Source: Promethearchaeota archaeon (GTDB lineage Archaea; Asgardarchaeota; Lokiarchaeia; Sigyniarchaeales; SOKP01). Taken from it: a stretch of DNA of 64,000 nt. A program made the position numbers and the translations under genes. The notes beneath the pieces were generated by a model. The model was not told the origin of the DNA. It saw only the letters and a program-made list of their open reading frames with translations, and did not search any database. The stretch covers positions 192,001-256,000 of the forward strand of contig JAHPZE010000003.1 of NCBI GenBank assembly GCA_019058365.1. Direction: 5' to 3'. This document shows positions 36,551 through 46,301 of the stretch, one piece after another. Position 1 is the first letter of the stretch. Each line of letters starts with the position of its first letter.

Positions 36551-39157
36551 TTATTTAAAGTAATAAACTGTAATATTCAGATCTTCAACATGTTCTATTA
36601 AATCTGGCTTCTTTTTAATTGATTTTTCTAATGTTTTCCCAATTACCTCTAAATCATTTATTCTGATGGTATTTTTTATATCTTCTTTTAGGCTCTCAAT
36701 ATTTTTATGTTGATCTATTTCTGTTATTAAAATTATTTTCTCAACGCTCTCATTCAAAGGTATTTGAAGTTTTGATTTTAACATCCTTAGAGATTTTATG
36801 ATTTCAATACCTAATTTACCTTGTTCAGCTAATGCTTCTGATATATGATCATAAGGTTCTGGCCAATTTTCTAAGGTTATAGACTCTAAGTCCTTAAATT
36901 GTTTATATAAATTAAAATATATTTCTTCTGAAATGAAAGGCATTATAACTGAAGAAATAGTTAATAATTTATAAAAAAGGTTTAAAGCATTCTTTAAGGA
37001 AATTTCTCTTGTTTTTTTATCTTCAACATAAAATTTATACTTTATAGCTTCAATATAATTATCGCAGATTTCACTCCAAAAGAAAGTACGAAAAATCATC
37101 ATAGCTTCATGCCAATTATACCCATCAAAAAGATTTGTGATTAAATTTAAATTTTTATTAAATTCTGAAAAGAAAAAGCTATCTATACTCGAAAAAGCCT
37201 TAGGATCTATTTTAATATCATTTAATTTTATCTTAGTTAAATTTAAATATAAAAATCTATATGCGTTCCAAATTTTAGTTAAAAATCTCGAAGCTCCAAT
37301 TAATTGTTCAAACCTCCTGCGATATTTTTTATTAAATTTATCTTCTGGAAGTTTTTCCATTTCCTTCAAAATAATTTCATTTGATACAGGCTGTTTGTTT
37401 TGCAGATCTATCCAAGTGAATTCAAAGGGATAATCATCTCCAAGGGTTCCCATCGCAGTCCAGTATCTTATTGAATCGGCTCCAAATTCAGGCATGACTT
37501 CCTCTGGTGCAATAAAGTTTCCCAAACTCTTTGACATATGCCTTCCATCCGGACCAGCAACCATCCCGTTAATTAATGCTTCATAAAAAGGAGCTTTTCC
37601 GGTTAAAATTTTACATCGAAATAATGTGTAAAATAACCAAGTTCTTATAATTTCATAACCTTGTGGACGATGAACTTTTGCATTCATATAAGCTCTTCTA
37701 AAGAATTCAGCATCTTCTGTCCATTTTGATATTTCTAAAGGTGTAAGACTTGAGTCAATCCAACAATCACAAACATCTTTTTCACCTATAATATTTTTAC
37801 TTTTGCATTTTGGACACTGTTTAATCGGTGGTGAAATTTTCACAGGATTTAATGGTAAATCATCTCTTTTAGGTGGTATAATCTCACCACAATCCTTGCA
37901 ATACCAAAATGGTATAGGTGTACCAAAAAAACGTTGACGTGAGATCACCCAATTCCAATCTAAACCTTTTGCCCAATCTATTAATCTTTGTTTTTGTTTT
38001 TCTGGATACCATTTCATTAATTCTCCAGATTCAATAATTTCACTTGTAAAATCCTTAACATTAATAAACCACTGATATATGGGTAAATATTCTATAGGTT
38101 TCCGACAAGATGATCGTTCTGAATGCACAATGATACTATGTTCATAATCTTCAATTTTTTCGATTAATCCCAATTTATCAAGATCTTTAACAATTTGGTC
38201 TCTTGCTTCCATAATTGTTAAACCTTGATATTTAGAATTTTCATTCATATGCCCATCTTCAGTAAAAATTTGGATCTCATCCAGATTATATTCAAGTTTC
38301 CACTTTATATCCATTTCATCACCATAAGTACAAACATAAACAATGCCAGTACCAAAATTCATATCAACAGTGTTATCCATATAAACTCGAACAGCACGGC
38401 TTGTAAATGGAATTTCTATTTCAGAAGCAGAAATATCATAATAACGATCATCATTTGGATGAACCATAACAGCAACACAAGCTTCCATGTATTCAGGGCG
38501 TGTAGTAGCTATTGTAATAAATTCATTTTCTCTCCCTACAATTGGCAGTTTTATGTACCATAATTTTCCAGATTCATCTTGATAACCCACTTCTGCTTTT
38601 GCAACAGATGTTTCACAATTCACACAGAAATGAGTTGGAAATTTATCTCTATAAAGCATACCTTTTTCATAAAAATCTAATAGTGAGAGTTGAACTTTTC
38701 GTTTATAATCGTCATTCATTGTTCGATATGTATAATCCCAATCTGTTGAATATCCTAACTCATCCAATTGTCTTGTCATATTTATAATATTGTTTTCTAC
38801 CCATTCTCTACATTTCTCTAAAAAGTTTTCTCGATCATCTTTACTTACACCATAATTTTTTGTTACTGCTAATTCAACAGGTAATCCATGACAATCCCAT
38901 CCTTGGGGGAAATATACATTTTCTCCTCTCATTCGATGGTATCTTGCTACAAAATCTATCCAAGCGTAATTTAAATACTGTCCTATATGCAATACTCCAC
39001 TAACAAATGGGGGTGGTGTATCTATAGTAAAAATTTCATCTTCTCGGTTCTCATCAAAAGCATATATCTTCTTATTTTTCCAATATTTTATCCATTTCTC
39101 TTGAATTACTTTAAAATTAAATCTTTTTGGATAAGTTGTATCTTGTGTCATTTTCAA
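36551..39157 (-). CDS. valS: Valine--tRNA ligase
   Basis: IDTPPP..SGVLHIGQ (HIGH-like), GWDCHGLP, ATTRPE, WNWVISRQR, HMSKS (KMSKS-like). Confidence 0.96.
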   Translation of the reverse strand: MKMTQDTTYPKRFNFKVIQEKWIKYWKNKKIYAFDENREDEIFTIDTPPPFVSGVLHIGQYLNYAWIDFVARYHRMRGENVYFPQGWDCHGLPVELAVTKNYGVSKDDRENFLEKCREWVENNIINMTRQLDELGYSTDWDYTYRTMNDDYKRKVQLSLLDFYEKGMLYRDKFPTHFCVNCETSVAKAEVGYQDESGKLWYIKLPIVGRENEFITIATTRPEYMEACVAVMVHPNDDRYYDISASEIEIPFTSRAVRVYMDNTVDMNFGTGIVYVCTYGDEMDIKWKLEYNLDEIQIFTEDGHMNENSKYQGLTIMEARDQIVKDLDKLGLIEKIEDYEHSIIVHSERSSCRKPIEYLPIYQWFINVKDFTSEIIESGELMKWYPEKQKQRLIDWAKGLDWNWVISRQRFFGTPIPFWYCKDCGEIIPPKRDDLPLNPVKISPPIKQCPKCKSKNIIGEKDVCDCWIDSSLTPLEISKWTEDAEFFRRAYMNAKVHRPQGYEIIRTWLFYTLFRCKILTGKAPFYEALINGMVAGPDGRHMSKSLGNFIAPEEVMPEFGADSIRYWTAMGTLGDDYPFEFTWIDLQNKQPVSNEIILKEMEKLPEDKFNKKYRRRFEQLIGASRFLTKIWNAYRFLYLNLTKIKLNDIKIDPKAFSSIDSFFFSEFNKNLNLITNLFDGYNWHEAMMIFRTFFWSEICDNYIEAIKYKFYVEDKKTREISLKNALNLFYKLLTISSVIMPFISEEIYFNLYKQFKDLESITLENWPEPYDHISEALAEQGKLGIEIIKSLRMLKSKLQIPLNESVEKIILITEIDQHKNIESLKEDIKNTIRINDLEVIGKTLEKSIKKKPDLIEHVEDLNITVYYFK

Positions 39158-39183
39158 TCCTTTTCAACTTTATAAAGATAGAA

Positions 39184-39284
39184 TGGACCTGACGGGAATT
39201 GAACCCGTGACCTCTTGAATGCGAATCTTGTAATTAAGCATGTTACTTAATCTATCAAGCGATCTTCCACTGATCTACAGGCCC
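39184..39284 (-). tRNA. tRNA-Ala(CGC) with a 29-nt intron at 32/33 (plus-strand 39225-39253)
   Basis: Acceptor GGGCCTG/CAGGTCC-A with G3:U70, D arm GATC-AGTGGAA-GATC, spliced anticodon arm CTTGA-TTCGCAT-TCAAG, T arm ACGGG-TTCAATT-CCCGT; BHB core CTTG/CAAG. Confidence 0.92.
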
Positions 39285-39371
39285 AACTATAATTATATTA
39301 TATTTATATTTTTAAAATCAGAATTACTAAAATTTTTTATTGTTTTTCTTAGAATTTTTAAAAAAATAAGA

Positions 39372-41750
39372 TTAATATTCAGTTCGGGCAATAATTTCAT
39401 CTTGCGCATTTTTTGATAATTCTGTAAAATAAACAGAATATCCTGCGACTCTTACAACTAAGCCTCTATAATTATCAGGATTTAGTTGAGCATCAAATAG
39501 AGTTTCCTTTCCCACAACATTAAATTGTACTTGATAACCACCTTCGGGTTGAAAAAAAGTTCTAAGAAGTGGATTCAAAATTTCTGTATTTAATGTATTT
39601 GGATGAAAAGCTAAAATCAATGAATTACCATTGGTCATTAACTCATTATTGAGTTTTTTTATTGAATTGAGAATGGCTGTTGGACCCTTTTTATCCAAAC
39701 CACTTGTTGGACTTAGACCATTTGAAAGAGGTTCTGTTTTTCTTCTACCATCTGCTGAAGCTCCTGTGAAAACACCAAATGCTAAATGAAATGTTGTGGA
39801 ATAAATTCCGGGATTAAATATCCCCCCTCTATAATTTGAATGCTTTGAAATTTCTTCGCAATAAAATTTTGCGACCTCTACCGCAATCTGATCAACATAA
39901 TCGTCATCATTTCCGAATTTCGGTACTTTGTTAACAAAATATTCTCGCCATTCTGTTCCTTTTTTTCCTTGATAAACACCTCTGAAATTCTTTGCAAGCA
40001 TTTGAACTAAATCTTCAAATGATATGATTTTATCTTCAAAAACAGTTTTCTTAATTACAGCAAGACTGTCTGCAACTGTGGCTAAACCAATTAGCTGTGG
40101 TCCTGTAAAATTATAAATCGCACCACCTTTAGTTATATCAAGACCACGCTCTAAACAATCATCTATAGTTGCAGATAAAAATGGTTGTGGTGTAAGTTCA
40201 GCAATTGCTTTATCAAGAAAATACATCGTTTTTACCATGTAATCAATGAAGAATTTCACTTGATTCTTAAAAGCATCCCAAATATCTTCATAAGAATTAA
40301 TCTCTCTATCATTTTTAAGTCCGTAATCTTTTCTAGTCAACATATCGACTCCATTATTCAATGCTAATTCTAAACATTTTACAACATTAAATTGGTTAGC
40401 ATTTGTTGACCCAAATGATTTATATGGATGTTGAGGTTCAACACATCCTATTGGTGCATATTCGCGAGCATCTTCTAAAGTAAAACCGCGGTTAATAAGA
40501 CCAGGGATCATAACTTGGTCATTAAATAGGGCAATACTAGCACCCTTTTTTATCGATTCTCCAACTTTCAATATAAAATCATCTGATGTATCTTTATGAA
40601 TTCTAACACAAAAAGTTGGCTGGACAGTCTTTATATGAGTATATGCATCCAACATTATCAAAGATAATTCATTTGTAGCATCTTTTCCTTCGCGATCTAT
40701 CCCCCCAATTACTAAATTTTCAGCAATAGGAGGCCCTTCGACAGCTACTACACCTTTTGAAATGACATAATTCCATAAGGTAGAAATTTTAATAAAAAAG
40801 CATTCAATAAGAAATTGAACTTTTTCTTTTGTAATATTTCCCTCTTTTATATCTTTTAAATAATAGGGATATAGATACTGATCTAAGCGCCCTATTGAAA
40901 TGGCAAAACCACCATCTTCTAAACCAGATATTAGATGAGTAAAATAAATTAATTGTATAGCTTCTTCAAAATTATTTGGCTTATTTTGAGAGATTTTCTC
41001 ACAAATTTTAGATATGTCAGAGAGTTCTTCTTGACGTTCAGGATTCTGTTCATTTTCAGCCATTTCTCTCATTAAAACTGAAAATCTCTGTATGAATCTC
41101 TTAGCCGCATTTAATAGAATGATCACTGACTCAAAAAAAGTCTTTTTATTGTTATCATCGGAAAATTTTTTTAAATTCTCTCTCGCTTTATGAATTAAAC
41201 CATTTATTCCATTTTTTAAAACATTTTCATGACCTGGAAAAAAATGACCAATTCCACTAGAGAGTTCAACATCTACGGCAAAAACGAGTTTTTCCATGAT
41301 ATCTCTCAAATCTGAGTCTAAATGTGATTGAAACCGCTCTTGCACAGTAATTTCCTCATCTTTCCAATAAGGAATTATTTCTTCTTTTATAAATTGTCTT
41401 TCTTCATTTGTTAAGAAAAGTTTCTGGACAGGACGAGTATCATAATTATCAATATCTTGTTCTATTGTATCTATTCGAGCTTCAGGATATATGGGAGTTC
41501 CTACAAATTTAGTACATCTATTCCCAACAATATATTCCTCGTCCCATACTTTTATTGTCATATTTGTTAAAAAATAGTCCATAGCTTTCGCAAATCTAAT
41601 AATTGGGTTCTTTCCTTTAGTTTTTTTATAGGAATCTGTAAATAATTTAGCTCTTTCGACACATATTTCATGTGGTGCCTTTATAAGCTTGTTTTTCATT
41701 CTTAAAATGCGTTCTTTATAGTTTGAAATGGTTATTTGTTCCAATTGCAT
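39372..41750 (-). CDS. Glycyl radical enzyme (PFL2/dehydratase-type)
   Basis: SIGRLDQYLYPYY, single-Cys loop PIGCVEP, PKFGNDDDYVD, C-terminal VVRVAGYS. Confidence 0.92.
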   Translation of the reverse strand: MQLEQITISNYKERILRMKNKLIKAPHEICVERAKLFTDSYKKTKGKNPIIRFAKAMDYFLTNMTIKVWDEEYIVGNRCTKFVGTPIYPEARIDTIEQDIDNYDTRPVQKLFLTNEERQFIKEEIIPYWKDEEITVQERFQSHLDSDLRDIMEKLVFAVDVELSSGIGHFFPGHENVLKNGINGLIHKARENLKKFSDDNNKKTFFESVIILLNAAKRFIQRFSVLMREMAENEQNPERQEELSDISKICEKISQNKPNNFEEAIQLIYFTHLISGLEDGGFAISIGRLDQYLYPYYLKDIKEGNITKEKVQFLIECFFIKISTLWNYVISKGVVAVEGPPIAENLVIGGIDREGKDATNELSLIMLDAYTHIKTVQPTFCVRIHKDTSDDFILKVGESIKKGASIALFNDQVMIPGLINRGFTLEDAREYAPIGCVEPQHPYKSFGSTNANQFNVVKCLELALNNGVDMLTRKDYGLKNDREINSYEDIWDAFKNQVKFFIDYMVKTMYFLDKAIAELTPQPFLSATIDDCLERGLDITKGGAIYNFTGPQLIGLATVADSLAVIKKTVFEDKIISFEDLVQMLAKNFRGVYQGKKGTEWREYFVNKVPKFGNDDDYVDQIAVEVAKFYCEEISKHSNYRGGIFNPGIYSTTFHLAFGVFTGASADGRRKTEPLSNGLSPTSGLDKKGPTAILNSIKKLNNELMTNGNSLILAFHPNTLNTEILNPLLRTFFQPEGGYQVQFNVVGKETLFDAQLNPDNYRGLVVRVAGYSVYFTELSKNAQDEIIARTEY

Positions 41751-41860
41751 CTATACCCCTAAATATTATTAATCATTCAGTTTAATTAAAAATATAATTA
41801 TTTTGTCTAATAAACGTTTTTATTTTATTTTTTTAAAAGATTCTGGAGAATTTCTAAGAT

Positions 41861-42697
41861 TTAAATAAATTTCATTAAATGATTTTTAGTTTCGGGTGAA
41901 AATAATAGACCATCTTTTTTATCATCTTTAAATCTTTTAATAGCTACATCTAAATATTCTTTATTCAAGTCAATTCCAATGAAGTTTCGGTTCAAAATAC
42001 TACATACAATCCCAGTAGTACCTGACCCCAGAAAAGGGTCTAATACCCAATCACCCTCATTCGAAGAAGATGATATTATTCTATTTAATAATTCTAGTGG
42101 TTTTTGAGTTGGATGTTTACCAAATTCTTTTTCATCCTTAGGTATTAAAGGAATTGACCAAACACTCCTCATTTGTTTATCCCTATTTTTCAATTTATCT
42201 TTAGGGTTATTCCAAACCTTCATTTTCTCATAATTAAATGTGTGGTTTGAGTTTTTTGATTTACGAGTCCATAATACTATTTCATGACTATGTGTAAAGT
42301 ATTTACATGATAAATTAGGTGGAGCATTCGGTTTATACATAACAACATCATTAATAATATCATAACCATTTTTCTCTAATAGATAACCCACTTTGTATAT
42401 AATATGTAAAGTTCCTGAAACCCATAAGCTACCATTCTTCTTTAAAATTCTTCTGCTAGCTTTTAACCAAGAATCTGTAAAATTAATATCTTCATTGAAA
42501 CCTTTCGATTTATCCCATTCCCCTTTATTAACTGAAACCATCTTGCCTGATTTACATGTCACTCCATCATTTGATAAAAAGTAGGGGGGATCAGCATAGA
42601 TTAAATCAAATTTATTACTTTCAAATTGATTCAGTATGTCTAAAGCATTTCCATGATACAAAATAAAACTTTTCTCTTCAAAATAAGGATTTATCAT
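41861..42697 (-). CDS. Beta-class N6-adenine DNA methyltransferase, DpnA/M2.DpnII-like (probably GATC), orphan
   Basis: ADPPYFLSN.G...G.MVSVNKGEWDK, PNLSCKYFTHS.E, GKHPTQKP, LDPFLGSGTT. Confidence 0.88.
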   Translation of the reverse strand: MINPYFEEKSFILYHGNALDILNQFESNKFDLIYADPPYFLSNDGVTCKSGKMVSVNKGEWDKSKGFNEDINFTDSWLKASRRILKKNGSLWVSGTLHIIYKVGYLLEKNGYDIINDVVMYKPNAPPNLSCKYFTHSHEIVLWTRKSKNSNHTFNYEKMKVWNNPKDKLKNRDKQMRSVWSIPLIPKDEKEFGKHPTQKPLELLNRIISSSSNEGDWVLDPFLGSGTTGIVCSILNRNFIGIDLNKEYLDVAIKRFKDDKKDGLLFSPETKNHLMKFI

Positions 42698-42858
42698 GTT
42701 AAAGTAAATTTATCTCTGAAATTATGTATAATTCAATCGAACTGGTTAAGAAAATATAATATCTTTTAATTATTAACTTTAAAGTTTAATATTAACAAAC
42801 ACTTAATATTCATGTAAGAAAATCGTTAACTTATTCAAAATGCATTAGAGATTTAAAT

Positions 42859-43800
42859 ATGATAAATAAACAAAGATTTGAAGAGTTATTTAGCCAACAT
42901 GTTATTAAAGACATTTCTGAAGAACAAATTGATATAGTTCTTTCAGGACAATATGGTAAAGCATTAGAATTATTAAGAGATGCAGAGGCAACTGGATTAT
43001 TTCCTGCTTTAGTTGGCCCTCCGGGAGTTGGAAAAACTATTTTATGTCGATATTTTGCTGGTCTAAGGGCAAAAGAGAAGAAAAATAAGAGTTTTTATTG
43101 GTTAACTATGGATGAGAGTATAAAACCTTCTCATTTTGTTGGATCTTTTGATCCAGCAATTACATTAAAGAAGGGATTTGTATTAGAAGCTTTTAACCCC
43201 GGGCCATTATTAAATGCAATGCTAGAAGGAGGTACTTTCCTAGCTAATGAAATTAATAGAGCTACAGAATATTCTCAAAATACATTACTAGAGCCCCTAG
43301 AGGAAGCTTCTATAGGTATTCCCCACTTAGGGCGAATAAGAGCAGATAACGATTTTTTCTTTATATGTGCGATGAACCCCGAAGAATTATCAGGAACTCA
43401 TCGCTTATCTGAAGCTTTAAAAGATAGAATAAAAGTTTGGATCAAATTAACCTACCCAGATAAATCCACAGAATTAGATATCATAAGAATAAATCTACCA
43501 GAACATTTCATTATTGAAGAATCTGAATTAGAATTAATTTATTCAATTATTAAAGAAACTAGACAAAATAAAATCGATATTGAAATACCCGCTTCTATAA
43601 GAGCCGGAATTGCTATTGCTAAATTATTAGCAAGAAAAAGACTAGTAGAAAAAGAAAAAAAAGTGAAAGAAAAAGAATCTGTATATGTTTATCTCTCAGA
43701 AATTGCCCGTCATGTTTTATTGGGAAGTTTAAAACCTAAACCCGGAGTAAAAGTCGAAAATATTATAGAGAATATTATTCATAAGACCTTAGGAGGGTAA
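42859..43800 (+). CDS. MoxR-family AAA+ ATPase
   Basis: GPPGVGKT, GPLLNAM, LANEINRA, MNP, LSEALKDR. Confidence 0.9.
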   Translation: MINKQRFEELFSQHVIKDISEEQIDIVLSGQYGKALELLRDAEATGLFPALVGPPGVGKTILCRYFAGLRAKEKKNKSFYWLTMDESIKPSHFVGSFDPAITLKKGFVLEAFNPGPLLNAMLEGGTFLANEINRATEYSQNTLLEPLEEASIGIPHLGRIRADNDFFFICAMNPEELSGTHRLSEALKDRIKVWIKLTYPDKSTELDIIRINLPEHFIIEESELELIYSIIKETRQNKIDIEIPASIRAGIAIAKLLARKRLVEKEKKVKEKESVYVYLSEIARHVLLGSLKPKPGVKVENIIENIIHKTLGG

Positions 43801-43805
43801 AATTA

Positions 43806-46295
43806 TTGGGAGTTTTTCCTGAAAACCCATGTGAATTTAGTGTGGAGTTTATTAGAAGGATGAGAAATCATCCAGATATAATCCAAATGCCCTCTCCACG
43901 GCAAGTCTTATCAATACCAAATTTAATCGTATCAAGATATTATCGTAAAGGATCTATTACTCCAAATGATTTTATTGAAATTAGTACTGTTACCTCGTTT
44001 CCAGATAATCAAAATTTAGCGAAAGACATTGCCTTTGAGATTCTCTTTCCAAATTACAAGAAAGACTTAGTGAAATCATTCTTTGTTGAGGGTGAGAATG
44101 ATAATTTTGAGGATGAAATGAAAAACTCTGAAATCAAATCGGAATTAGACCAATTGCAAGATATTATAGATGAGATCGAATTTTCAAAATCATTTGATAC
44201 AGACATGATTCAACAATTAGAAGCGTTTATGGAACAATTAGATCAAAAAAGGTATGAAGAACCATATAAATCAGCGCTTAATTTCTTTAATGATGATTCT
44301 GAGTTATATAAAGAAGAAATAACCTCATTTGAAAAATTGCTTGAAGAAGCAAGGAACCGAATGCTACAAAAAATAAATTCTTTAGATCCTAAGGATCTTA
44401 AAGCTGGTACTAACCTAGGATTAAATGAATTAGTGCAACAACAATCTTTAAGAGAATGGGAAAAAGTTACTAGTAAAGCTTTAAATAATCGAAATATTGA
44501 GAATGATTTAAAAGAATTGTTAAAATCAGGAAGTTTAGAAGATTTACTTCAATCTTTGAAATTTTTAAATGAAACTAATGCCATTTCTAAGGAACAATTA
44601 GAAAGTCTAAAAAAAGAACTTCAAAATAAGATTGGTAATTTAGATCAATTATTTCAATCGGCAAAACACTTAGGTGAAACTCCCAATTTTGATCATAATC
44701 AAGTTTTAAACAATAGTTTAAATCAATCTTCATTTGAACATAACTTCAATTTAGCAAATTCACTTGACCAATTTTTTGGCACTAATCTAAGAGGTTCATT
44801 ATTAGATACTTTTGATCAACAGAATAAAAATTCCCAAATGAGTCTTTCACTTGAAACTTTAACAAAAACTGCATTTACAAACAAATCATGGAATTCGCTA
44901 TTTAATCAAGCATTAAAGAATGCAATAAAGGAAGCAAATTCTCAAAATAAAAAGAATGAGGCTTTTAAATCACTTACACATCAATTACAACAACTAATGA
45001 ATAGTTGTCAAAATATGCACTGTAGTCAAAAAATGGCTCAAAACATTCCAAATCTCATGACTTTAACTTTAGACTCTTGCGACACCCCCTCCCACCTAAG
45101 AAATGCAACCGAATTTTTAAGAAAAATAGGTTTAAACCCAACATCAGAAGATATTGAAAAGATTGGAAAGAAACTTCAAATGCCTGAGGATGAAATTTTT
45201 GAATTAGTTGAACCCACTTATCAATTGTTAAAAAAATTAGTGGAAAATAAAAAAGCAGATTTTCAAAGGTTAAGTAATTTAATGAATCAAATTCAAGATC
45301 AGTTAAATTATGAGAGGATAAAAGAATTAACTGCTAGTGCGTTAGCTTCTGATAATAGAGATGCTTTAGGAGCATTAGGAAATTTTAATTTAAGTGATGC
45401 TTTAAAAAGTGCTCAACAAATTGGAGGTCAAGAAGGCGAGAATAAGATGATTTCTTGTTTATCTGCTGGTAGTGGAGAAAATTTACTTAAACAATGGTTT
45501 ATTCATCGCAAAAATCTGCCAGAAACAACTAAACAACAAGTTAAAGAATTAGCAAAAAAAATGTTAATTGAATTAGGCATTTATTATTCACGAGCACGTT
45601 TAGGCAGTTCTACAACAGGACCGATCCCAATTAATATAGTAAGACCTTATTCGATTGGGGATGATTTTGAAAATATTGATCTTGAAGAAACGCTTTATAA
45701 TATATTAGAAAAAGGTAAAAAATTAGATCATATTGAATATGACGATTTTTATGTTTATGAAACTGCTAAAGGGCTTCGAACTACTTGTTTTGAACTAGAT
45801 ATTTCAGGTAGTATGACGGGGGATAAACTTGCTTATATGAGTATCTGTGTAACGATGTTATGTTATGGAATGCGTAAAGATGAACTTGGAATCGCTTTTT
45901 TTGAATCAAATACTCATGTTTTGAAAGGATTGGATGAAAAAAAAGATCTAGAAAAATTAGCAGATGAGCTACTTTCTGTTACTGCCCAAGGGGGAACAAG
46001 AATACAAAGTGCCGTTGAATGGGCAAATAAACAATTCAAGGAACACTCTAATTCACGTGAAAAATTAAACGTATTGTTTACTGATGCTGAACTTTTCGAT
46101 ATTAAAGAAGCTCTGGTAGAATTTAGGAAAATGCGCTCTTTAGGTGTTGATTTCATATTAGTGTGTCCAGAAGCTTCGTATAACTTAAAAGAAGCTAAAA
46201 AAATAGTAAAAGTTGCTGGAGGACAATTACTCACTATAAAAGATTGGAATGAATTTCCAAAATTAATTTCAGAAATAATTAAATCAAGATTTTAA
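43806..46295 (+). CDS. Large VWA-domain protein (MoxR partner)
   Basis: C-terminal MIDAS DISGSM, GGT, FTD; IDLEETL pre-VWA motif. Confidence 0.88.
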   Translation: MGVFPENPCEFSVEFIRRMRNHPDIIQMPSPRQVLSIPNLIVSRYYRKGSITPNDFIEISTVTSFPDNQNLAKDIAFEILFPNYKKDLVKSFFVEGENDNFEDEMKNSEIKSELDQLQDIIDEIEFSKSFDTDMIQQLEAFMEQLDQKRYEEPYKSALNFFNDDSELYKEEITSFEKLLEEARNRMLQKINSLDPKDLKAGTNLGLNELVQQQSLREWEKVTSKALNNRNIENDLKELLKSGSLEDLLQSLKFLNETNAISKEQLESLKKELQNKIGNLDQLFQSAKHLGETPNFDHNQVLNNSLNQSSFEHNFNLANSLDQFFGTNLRGSLLDTFDQQNKNSQMSLSLETLTKTAFTNKSWNSLFNQALKNAIKEANSQNKKNEAFKSLTHQLQQLMNSCQNMHCSQKMAQNIPNLMTLTLDSCDTPSHLRNATEFLRKIGLNPTSEDIEKIGKKLQMPEDEIFELVEPTYQLLKKLVENKKADFQRLSNLMNQIQDQLNYERIKELTASALASDNRDALGALGNFNLSDALKSAQQIGGQEGENKMISCLSAGSGENLLKQWFIHRKNLPETTKQQVKELAKKMLIELGIYYSRARLGSSTTGPIPINIVRPYSIGDDFENIDLEETLYNILEKGKKLDHIEYDDFYVYETAKGLRTTCFELDISGSMTGDKLAYMSICVTMLCYGMRKDELGIAFFESNTHVLKGLDEKKDLEKLADELLSVTAQGGTRIQSAVEWANKQFKEHSNSREKLNVLFTDAELFDIKEALVEFRKMRSLGVDFILVCPEASYNLKEAKKIVKVAGGQLLTIKDWNEFPKLISEIIKSRF

Positions 46296-46301
46296 AAAAG
46301 A

